Part shown: piece by piece, positions 53,010-64,000 of the stretch
How the letters are laid out: each line of letters starts with the position of its first letter
How positions within the stretch are numbered: position 1 is the first letter of the stretch
Assembly: GCA_964016885.1 (NCBI GenBank)
Contig: OZ024744.1
Location: 51,770,001 to 51,834,000, forward strand
Origin: Eledone cirrhosa
Lineage: Eukaryota
Length of the DNA stretch: 64,000 nt
Direction of reading: 5' to 3'
Notes under the pieces: model-generated
Seen by the model: only the letters and a program-made list of their open reading frames with translations
What the model was told of the DNA's origin: nothing
Database searches by the model: none
Program-made: the position numbers and the translations under genes

Positions 53010-56000
53010 CATAATATAGTATAATATATTATAATATAATATAATATAATATATAATATATAATATACTATATAATATAATATATTATAAAAAAATATAT
53101 CACAATAAAATATAATATAATATAATATAATATAATTGTTTCTACTTTAGGCACAAGGCCAGCAATTACCCAGTGCATTAATGGTACTTTATTTTATCGA
53201 CCCCGTAGGATGAAAGGCAAAGTCAACTTCGGCGGGATTTGAACTCAGATCGTAAAAAGACGTAACTATGCGGGAAAGCATGGCGTCCGACCCTCTACCG
53301 ATACTGCCAATCCACCAATTGTTTCTACTTTAGGCACAACACAGTTGCATTACTTGTACTTTATTTTATCGACCCCGTAAGGATGAAAGGCAAAGTCAAC
53401 CTCGGCGGGATTTGAACTTAGATCGTAAAGGGACGTAACTATGCTGGAAAGCATAATGTAATATAATATAATAAAATATAATATAATATAATATAATACA
53501 ATACAATATAATATAATGTAATATAATACAATATGATATAATATAATACAATATAATATAGTATAATATAATAAAATATAATATAATTTAATACAATAAA
53601 ATATAATATAATATAATATAATACAATATAATATAATATAATATTATGTAATATAATATAATATAATATAATATAATATGATAAAATATAATTCAATATA
53701 ATATAATTGTTTCTACTTTTGGCACAAGGCAATTATCTAGTGTATTACTGGTACTTAATTTTATCGACCCCGTAAGGATGAAAGTCAAAGTTAACCTCGA
53801 CGGGATTTGAACTCAGAATAGAAAGGGCCATAACTCTATGCGTCAAAGCATAGCATCCGACCCTCTACCGATACTGCCAATCCACCGTATAATATAATAT
53901 AATATAATATAATATAATATTATATAACGTAATATAATATAATATAAAATAACATAATATAATTGTTTCTACTTTAGGCACAAGGCCAGCACTTATCCCA
54001 GTGTATTACTGGTACTTTATTTTATCGACCCCGTAAGGTTGAAAGGTAAAGTTAACCTCGGCGGGATTTGAACTCTGAATGGCAAGAGCCACAACACTAT
54101 GCGTCAAAGCATGGCGTCCGACACTCTACCGATACTGCCAATCCACCGTACAATGTAATATAATGTAATATAATATAATATAATGCAATATAATATATGA
54201 TATAATGTGTTATAATATAATACAATGTAATATAATATAATATAATATAATATAATGTAATATAATATAATACAATATAATATAATATATAATATAATAT
54301 AATATGATATAATATAATACAATATAATATAATATATAATATAATATAATATGATATAATATAATATAATATAATATAATAAAATATAATATAATATAAT
54401 ATAATATAATATAAAATAATATAATATAATATAATATAATATAATATAATATAATGTAATATAATATAATACAATATAATATAATATATAATATAATATA
54501 ATATAATATAATATAATGTAATATAATATAATACAATATAATACAGTATAATATAATATAATTGTTTCTACTTTAATATAATATAATATAATATAATATA
54601 ATATAATAAAATATAATATAATATAATATAATGTAATATAATATAATATGATTGTTTCTACTTTAGGCACAAGGCCAGCAATTACCCAGTGCATTACTGG
54701 TACTTTATTTTATCGACCCCGTAAGGATGAAAGGCAAAGTTAACCATGGCGGGATTTGAACTCAGATCGTAAAGAGACGTAACTATGCTGGAAAACATGG
54801 CGTCCGACCCTCTACCGATACTGCCATATAATATAATATAATATAGTATAATATAATATAATATAATATAATATAATATAATATAATATAATATAATATA
54901 ATATAATATAATATAATATAATATAATATAATATATACAATATAATATAATATAATATAATATAATATAATATAATATAATATAAACAATATAATATAAT
55001 ATAATATAATATAATATAATATATACAATGTAATATTATATATACAATGTAATATAATATAATATATTTCAATATAATATAATATAATACAATACAATAT
55101 AATATAATATAATATAATATAATATAATATAATATAATATAATATAATATAATATAATATAATTTAATACAATATAATGTAATATAATATAATATAATGT
55201 AATATAATTCTTTCTACATTTGACACAAGGCCAGCAATTACCCAGTACATTATAATATAAATAAAATATAATATAATATAATATAATATATAATATAATA
55301 TAATATAATATAATATAATATAATATAATATATACAATGTAATATAATATAATATAATATAATATAATATATACGATGTAATATAATATAATATAATATA
55401 ATATAATATAATATAATATAATATAATATAATATAATATAATATAATATAATATAATATAATATAATATATACAATATAATATAATATAATATAATACAA
55501 TATAATATAATATAATATAATATAATATAATATAATATAATATAATATAAACAATATAATATAATATAATATAATATATACAATGTAATATAATATATAC
55601 AATGTAATATAATATAATATAATACAATATAATATAATATAATACAATATAATATAATATAATATAATATAATATAATATAATATAATATAATATAATAT
55701 AATATAATATAATATAATATAATTTAATATAATATAATGTAATATAATATAATATAATGTAATATAATTCTTTCTACATTTGACACAAGGCCAGCAATTA
55801 CCCAGTACATTATAATATAAATATAATATAATATAATATAATATATAATATAATATAATATAATATATACAATGTAATATAATATAATATAATATAATAT
55901 ATACGATGTAATATAATATAATATAATTTAATATAATATAATATAATGTAATATAATATAATATAATGTAATATAATATAATATAATGTAATATAATATA

Positions 56001-56745
56001 ATATAATGTAATATAATATAATATAATATAATATAATACAATATAATATAATGTAATATAATATAATATAATGTAATATAATATAATATAATATAATATG
56101 ATATACTATAATATAATGTAATATAATATAAATATAATATAATATAATATATAATATAATATAATGTATACAATATAATATAATATAATATAATATAATA
56201 TATACGATGTAATATAATATAATATAATATAATATAATATAATGTAATATAATATAATATAATATAATATAATATAATATAATATAATATAATATAATAT
56301 AATATAATATATATATAATATAATATAATGTAATATAATATAATATATTATAATATAATATAATATAATATAATATATAATATAATATATACAATGTAAT
56401 ATAATATAATATAATATAATATAGTATATACAATGTAATATAATATAATATAATTGTTTCTATAATATAATATAATACAATATAATATAATATAATATAA
56501 TATATATATAATATAATATAATGTAATATAATATAATATAATATAATATAATATAATATATAATATAATATATACAATATAATATAATATAATATAATAT
56601 AGTATATACAATGTAATATAATATAATATAATTGTTTCTATAATATAATATAATACAATATAATATAATATAATATAATTGTTTCTACTTTTGGCACAAA
56701 ACCATATAATATAATATAATATAATATATAAATAATATATAATTA
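53010..56745. repeat. (AATAT)n pentanucleotide array interleaved with minus-strand SINEs
   Basis: Long AATAT tracts with AATGT/AATAC variants; source of the YYIIL ORFs. Confidence 0.95.
53134..54826 (-). mobile_element. Five co-oriented SINE copies (about 53134-53316, 53317-53453, 53705-53887, 53961-54148, 54651-54826)
   Basis: Each shows ATTGTTTCTACTTT.GGCACAA...TTTTATCGACCCCGTA(A)GG...GGGATTTGAACT on the plus strand. Confidence 0.9.
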
Positions 56746-56987
56746 TAATAAGGATCTTATCATTAAACATTTCTGAGAAAAGTAAATAAATTATAAAATT
56801 TAATGTATTATATAGTATATTTATTTCTATATCTACAATTATATATCATGAGGTAAATTATTTTAATTATTCATACCATATTAGCTGAAATAATTAACTT
56901 TATTCGTATCATGAATTTACTTCTTGGTCAGATACAGATTTGATAGTATATGTATATATATATATAGTATATGTATATATATATATA

Positions 56988-57074
<87 letters not shown>

Positions 57075-57075
57075 A

Positions 57076-57107
<32 letters not shown>

Positions 57108-57338
57108 CTGTGTGTGTGTGTCTGTGTTTGTGTGTGTATGTATATGTGTGAGTGTGTGTGTGTTTGTGTTTGTATGTGCGTGTGAAATCCCGATTGCGAC
57201 CACAGACGGTGTCGGCTCGTTCAACAGATAGAGCATTATTTTCCTCCATCTTTCACCTACGTATTTCTTAAACCCCCGCGCCCACACACTCATATAAACA
57301 CACACCAAGATCATGCATATATATATATATATATATAT

Positions 57339-57396
<58 letters not shown>

Positions 57397-57565
57397 GTAT
57401 ATATCTATAGATATATATATATATTAGAAAGTGATGTTTTTTACAAAATGAAAAATAACCGAGGTGTCCTACACGAGTGAAAGTATAAAGAAAGAAAGAA
57501 AGATGAAATCGAAAATGTAACTAGAGTCTTATTTAAAAAATATATATATATATTTTATTTGGTTC

Positions 57566-57598
57566 CTTTACCGGTTTCGCAGTTCTGCTTTTCAAAAG
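57566..57598 (-). ncRNA. Minimal type-I hammerhead motif with compensatory U3-A8 core
   Basis: ctt-TTGAAAA-gca-gaac-tgc-GAAA-ccgg-TA-aag; palindromic stem III ACCGGT. Confidence 0.65.
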
Positions 57599-57617
57599 TA
57601 GAGTTGAGCTGGAGGGG

Positions 57618-57662
57618 TCTGTGGTTTTTCTCACATCTGTGAGATGTGAGAAAAACCACAGA
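57618..57662. repeat. Perfect 21-bp-arm hairpin with a 3-nt loop
   Basis: TCTGTGGTTTTTCTCACATCT-GTG-AGATGTGAGAAAAACCACAGA. Confidence 0.95.
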
Positions 57663-57803
57663 GCAATATATATATATATACTAGTTAAAATATTAGACAG
57701 GAACAAAAAAGAGAGGCAGTACAAATGGTAGTTTATTAGGTTCACGCTTTTGAGAAGGACGTTTATATATATATATATGATATATAATGAATAATATATA
57801 TAT

Positions 57804-57849
<46 letters not shown>

Positions 57850-58041
57850 ATATATATATATGTGTATATCCATATATCGTGATAAAAAGTTAGTGAAAAG
57901 TTCGGACAAAACAGCAGGAAGTTAGGGCTAGAAAAAGTAGAATAATAATAAATATAAAAATACATGAATCGTTTTAACGTCTATCTTGTTTGTCCCCCAT
58001 TTAGAGGCAAGATAGGCAGATAGATAGACAGATGAATGGAT

Positions 58042-58085
<44 letters not shown>

Positions 58086-58260
58086 CAATAATGTATATAT
58101 ATATGTACATATATATATATATATATTTTAAAAAATATATACATTTATATAAAGTGTTTCGGTAGGAAAGGTCAAGGTAAAGGAATGTAGGCTACAGAAC
58201 TTGTTAGTTATGTAAACTATATATATATATCAATCCATCCATCTATCTACCTATCTTTCT

Positions 58261-58470
58261 TCGATCGACTTTCGTCAATTCGGACCGAGGAAACAATGTT
58301 TCCGTCGATCTTTCCAGTTGCTAATACTATCTATCAGTCGCAACTCCAGGTAGAAGGAGCAACGGTGAAACAAAGTGTCTTGCTCAAGGACATAACGCAT
58401 CGCCCAGTCCAGGAATCGAACACACAACACCAAGATTGTGGATCCAATTCTCTAACCACTCAGCCATACG

Positions 58471-58473
<3 letters not shown>
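58261..58473 (-). mobile_element. Second tRNA-derived SINE family with a CORE-like central motif
   Basis: Minus strand has A box TGGCTGAGTGG, B box GTTCGATTCC, then TGTCCTTGAGCAAGACACTT. Confidence 0.8.
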
Positions 58474-58542
<69 letters not shown>

Positions 58543-58546
58543 ATAT

Positions 58547-58627
<81 letters not shown>

Positions 58628-58654
58628 ATATATATTATATATATATATATATAT

Positions 58655-58686
<32 letters not shown>

Positions 58687-58769
58687 ATAGTATATATATA
58701 TATATATATTATATTTATATATATATATATATATATATATGTGTATGATTGCGCTATATTTATAGTATA

Positions 58770-58802
<33 letters not shown>

Positions 58803-58903
58803 ATACATTATAGATACATATACATATAATGATACACATCCTATACATTATACGTACCTATCTACGTGTCTATAAATCTATCCATCTATCTATCTGTATA
58901 TAG

Positions 58904-58986
58904 TTTTTATTTTCATATACCTGTATGTAAACTCCTCATTTGTATTTGTCCCCTTCTTTTGTGCCCTTGTGGCTAATAAAGAAATT
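58904..58986 (+). mobile_element. Isolated 3' UTR fragment of the Tx1-like LINE
   Basis: TTTTTATTTTCATATACCTGTATGTAAACTCC...GCCCTTGTGGCTAATAAAGAAATT matches 42133-42214 and lies next to TATC repeats. Confidence 0.88.
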
Positions 58987-59128
58987 TATCTGTATATATG
59001 TATCTGTTTCTTTCTCTCTATATATGATTTATTAACAGACTCTCAATGATGTATACACACGTATGTAGTGTATATATGAATAGATACACACACATAAGCG
59101 TCTATATATATATATTATATATATATAC

Positions 59129-59159
<31 letters not shown>

Positions 59160-59285
59160 AATATACATACATATATATGGTTGTGTTGTGTGTGTGTGTA
59201 TACATGTGTTTATTCGGGGTTCAATCGGGGGTTACCACAGTAAGTAAAGTACTCAATACATAGCAGAGTATATAATGTTTAATAT

Positions 59286-59396
59286 AGAAACGGCTTCTAC
59301 AAGACTAGAACTGTTTCATTTGGGAGAAATCAGCAGCAAATCTTTCCTGACTTTTCTTCGAATGAAACAGTTCTAGTCCTGTAGAAGCCATTTTCT
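59286..59396. repeat. Inverted repeat (arms of about 35 bp) made of two head-to-head decayed hammerhead-like units
   Basis: GGCTTCTACAAGACTAGAACTGTTTCATT pairs with AATGAAACAGTTCTAGTCCTGTAGAAGCC. A related unit lies at 48525-48578. Confidence 0.8.
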
Positions 59397-59399
59397 CTT

Positions 59400-59445
<46 letters not shown>

Positions 59446-59467
59446 TCTCTCTCTCTCGCTCTCTCTA

Positions 59468-59530
<63 letters not shown>

Positions 59531-60495
59531 TCTGTCTGAGTTGTGGTAAGGAGCCAGATGGACCATACCACTCCCAAATTACTCAATACTTAGTGTAGTA
59601 GAGTGGGTAATAGGAACAAAGTATGACCCCCCCAGGCAGAGCTTAAGCCGTTTCGACGGCTATTTCTGGGCATTTCAGTATATATACATTTATTTTCACT
59701 TGTATGCTGTTGTGAGCGTGTGTACGCGTATTTCTGCATTTAACTGATTTTGAATTTGAAATTTTAGACTTCATGTTTTAGTCCGAAACTCGAACCTATG
59801 TCTGAATCCAGATTCTATGCCCAACGGCTAACTAACGTCCGAAATTTTTAAATAATAACACGCCTACGAATAGAAACATACATGCACGCACACACACATC
59901 CACGCAAATGTATAGCTACAACTATATTTCACTCCATATACATAATATCAATATCTATACGTACATATATACATTTACACAGACACACCGCACACACACT
60001 CACAAGTAACACACACACACATATATATATATACACACACACACACGCACATATATATATATATAAACCATATTTATATATATATTGATTATGTATATAT
60101 ATATATATATTATACACACATACATTCATACATACGTATGTATACACACACACACACACAGAATATATAAATATATATATGTATTGTGTGTGTGTGTGTG
60201 TGGTGTGTCTGTCTGTCTATGTGCGTATGTATGTATATATTGATGAGGGGAAAGTCTCACAAGTTTCACCCTCTTTCAACATTAGTTGAAACAAAAGGGG
60301 TGCGGCCGTTAGGATTTTTAAACCCCCTCATTATAACCCTTCATCATATTATCGTGGAGGGAGTTTTTTCTTATTTGTGGTCTCCCTTGACTTTGTACAT
60401 CAGGCCCCTCCATTAACATTTTTTATGCACCTGTATATGTATATTTATATATATATATATATATACTGTATATATATGTATAACACACACACACA

Positions 60496-60539
<44 letters not shown>

Positions 60540-60655
60540 AACACACAGACACACACACACACACACACACCACACAACACACACACACACATATAATATA
60601 TATATATATACATATATATACATATATCAATTCCATCCATCTATCTATTTAGTGA

Positions 60656-60778
60656 AGGCGTGTGGCTGAGTGGTTAGAGAATTGGATTCACAATCGTAAG
60701 GTTCGAGAGTTCGATTCCTGGACCGTGCCGATGCGTTATGGTCCTTAGGTTAGGTCCGATTTGACGAAAGTCGATCGA
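60656..60778 (+). mobile_element. Internally deleted copy of the second SINE family
   Basis: Head GGCGTGTGGCTGAGTGGTTAGAGAATTGG...GTTCGATTCCTGGAC joined to GGTCCGATTTGACGAAAGTCGATCGA, which matches the 3' part of 58261-58473. Confidence 0.78.
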
Positions 60779-61023
60779 CTGTCGATATAAATATATATAT
60801 ATATAATATATATATATATTATATTGTGTGTGTGTTTTGTGTGTGTTACTGTGTGTGTGTTAGTGTGTGTATATATAAGAACTCTTTACTTCGTAAGAAA
60901 TCAACAGTACTTTCCTGACGATTTCCTTACGAATAATACAGTATATATATATATATATACACACACCCACGACAAAATTATATATATGTATATATATATA
61001 ATACATACATATATATATGTATG

Positions 61024-61064
<41 letters not shown>

Positions 61065-61259
61065 GAGAGAGATTAGAGCCAAAATCACGATTATTCTTTC
61101 TCAAAATTATTTTTGAAAAGCATAAGAAAGGCGCAACCGGTAAAAACTTAAAACTAAAACTGAATACTAACCAATACTTATTACTAAATTATACTTATTC
61201 CTAATTAAACTATTATTCACTGGGAAACATTTGTCAGCACCTTCTTTTCCTTTTTACTA

Positions 61260-61316
<57 letters not shown>

Positions 61317-61346
61317 GTGGTTACCTCCGATTCAACCCGGAATAAC

Positions 61347-61383
<37 letters not shown>

Positions 61384-61451
61384 CACACTCACGCACACTC
61401 TTCACATGCATTAATACACACATATATATATATTTATATCTATTATTTATA

Positions 61452-61482
<31 letters not shown>

Positions 61483-61581
61483 ATATGTATATGTATATAT
61501 GTATATATACATTCATATTCATCTGACAGTTCTTCCAACTTTATAATTGTATATACACACACACACACACACTCACACATG

Positions 61582-61630
<49 letters not shown>

Positions 61631-61924
61631 ATGCGCGTATGTGTATATATATGTATAAATCTTTGCATGTATATACTTATGTCTATCTTTCTGTTAATAT
61701 CAGTTTCAGGCGATGTCATGCAGTGTTGTGTAGTGTCCGTTTACACGTAAACCGTTAGTTGCAATTCGTAAATTAGTGGTCGATATAATAACTACCAATC
61801 AAAACTGAAATAAATACTAAGATCGATATGATTGACTGAAAACTCTTCAAGGCGGTGCAGACAGATGTCTGTTCTTCAATAACTGGTATTTGTAAATAAA
61901 TATCGAATATGTTTATGTGTACTT

Positions 61925-62215
61925 ATGTACATATATACATACATACATACATACATACATACATACATACATACATACATACATACATACATACATACAT
62001 ACATACATACAAAGATATATACATACATGTCTACATACATACATACATACAAAGATATATACATACATATCTACATACATACATACATACAAAGATATAT
62101 ACATACACATCTACATACATACACACATACAAACATAGATACATATATACATATATACATGCATAAATACATAAATACATACATACATACATACACACAC
62201 AAACATACATACACA
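61925..62215. repeat. (CATA)n microsatellite evolving into a roughly 40-bp unit
   Basis: AAAGATATATACATAC recurs at 62011, 62051 and 62091. Confidence 0.85.
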
Positions 62216-62355
62216 CGATTGTGTGTGAGTGTGTAAATATGATTTGCGTTGATATAATCTAATATACATATATACATTTATGCACACTCCCAGCTACACC
62301 ACACACACGCACACATATAGGCTCAGACATGTGTATATTTTATTTCTCTCTCTCT

Positions 62356-62411
<56 letters not shown>

Positions 62412-62556
62412 ATATAGATATTTATTTATTTTACATACTTAATTATACTATAAATATACATTTTCGTATGCATGGATAACTTCTTATGTGAGTGTGTGCA
62501 TTTAAATATATATATTATAAACATTTATAAATACACACACTCTCGCACATATATAT

Positions 62557-62594
<38 letters not shown>

Positions 62595-62764
62595 ACACAC
62601 ACTGATATATATTTAATATATAATATATAAATAGATACAGAGTAAATGTTTGCTGCATACTTTCTCTGTCTATACGATAAGATTTGTTAACCTAGGATTT
62701 TTAAATATGATTTTGTTTAACATATATCTTATTTATTAACTTAATAAACAATAAACTTTAGAGT

Positions 62765-63390
62765 TGTGGATTAGAGGAATCCTTAGCGGGAGGATTAAAT
62801 GATTTGCATAAATAACTTGCCCACTTTTTATATGTTATGCGTTCAAATCCTGCGGAACTATACTTTGTGTTTAAGGGTCGAGAACATTATGAACCAGTCA
62901 TGTACTGGAGATGGCTTTAATCGAATTACTTTTTCCCCGAAATTCCTAGTCTTGTTTCTAAATTTGAAACCCTTATTTCATAGAAGTGGTTTGGTAGAGT
63001 CGGTAGAGCATCGCACAACATGATTTATGGCATAGTGTTACGTCTCTTTACGTTCTGAGTTCAAATCCCGCCAAGGTTAGCTTTGCCTTTCATCCTTACA
63101 GGATCGATATAATAACGTACCAGTAACGCACCGGGGTCGATTTAATCGATAATTTTCTCGCCCTGTGTCTGAATTAGAAACTATTATTAAATCTTCGGGC
63201 AAAATACTAGTCAGCAATCGGTAACCGATTTTTACATTCTGAGTTCAAATCCCGCTAATTTCAACTTTGCATTTCATCTTTAGAGAAGTCGTTAAAAAAA
63301 AGTACAAGGTAGTAATGGGATCGATTTTATCAACTTCCCTCTTCTCCCGAAATTGTTCGCCTTGTGCTTAATTTAGAAAAGATTATTTAT
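62765..63390 (+). mobile_element. Three head-to-tail, older copies of the main SINE
   Basis: GTTCAAATCC at about 62841, 63058 and 63243, with the downstream SINE body and TTAGAAA/ATT tails. Confidence 0.75.
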
Positions 63391-63632
63391 TAACTTAATC
63401 CCCGTATGTGAGAATGTTAATTTCGTCTTTATTTTCAAATTGATTTTTATCGGTTCAGTAATAAAGATCTCAATCATTTTTAATAAAGCGAAAAGTCACT
63501 CCCGGCGATCACATTTTTCGTGAACCAATTTACTTCACTTCCGTTGGTAATGTTGTATATAATGCTCTTGAGAAAGGCATGAACATCGCGTAAGATCATT
63601 GCTACATACACACACACACATATATACATACA

Positions 63633-63744
<112 letters not shown>

Positions 63745-63818
63745 CACACACATACATACATGCATGCATACATATATACATACGTATATACATATATATA
63801 CATATATATACATACATG

Positions 63819-63865
<47 letters not shown>

Positions 63866-63920
63866 TTATATAATATTAATTCAAAATATTAACAAATATA
63901 GACATTCGTGTGATCAAGTA

Positions 63921-63987
63921 TATTTTATTATACATATTTCAGAGGTACTGAGCTATTTACAACAGTACATCCTCATCAGATAAAATA
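63921..63987 (-). ncRNA. Type-I hammerhead ribozyme motif with intact core; same family as 35729-35794
   Basis: tattttat-CTGATGA-ggatgtactg-ttgtaaatagct-cagtacctct-GAAA-tatgta-TA-ataaaata. Confidence 0.82.
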
Positions 63988-64000
63988 AGATGATGCTTGA

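Noticed and set aside
58400-60725. Functional tRNA genes at the SINE heads
   Set aside because: A and B boxes are present but no full cloverleaf, and they continue into SINE body sequence.

Overview
Repeat-dominated animal genomic DNA, probably octopus/cephalopod (inferred from the tRNA-derived SINE families and very high TA/CA microsatellite density). No intact host gene is recognisable, and most ORF-track entries are translations of microsatellite or satellite sequence. Positions 1-29083 are a 50-bp, G-rich-strand satellite (about 580 monomers) with kb-scale higher-order repeats. The rest is a mosaic of mobile elements inside microsatellites. (1) A 5'-truncated Penelope-like element (PLE; RT C-terminus plus GIY-YIG) whose 539-codon ORF becomes continuous once a SINE with an 18-bp TSD is removed. 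(2) A Tx1/L1-clade LINE whose four 3' ends all lie in (TATC)n. (3) Non-autonomous Helitrons, two of them head-to-head. (4) A (TATG)n-tailed retroposon in three copies. (5) Many SINEs. The main signal outside the ORF track is a set of about a dozen minimal type-I hammerhead ribozyme (HHR) motifs, intact or decayed, from several sequence families, in short non-coding islands between (TA)n tracts. They include a pair with identical stem I and core but unrelated, still-pairing stem II, a U3-A8 compensatory-core family, and head-to-head inverted pairs. This suggests a population of PLE-dependent, ribozyme-bearing non-autonomous elements (pLTR/retrozyme-like). All calls were made by eye; no searches or folding programs were run.
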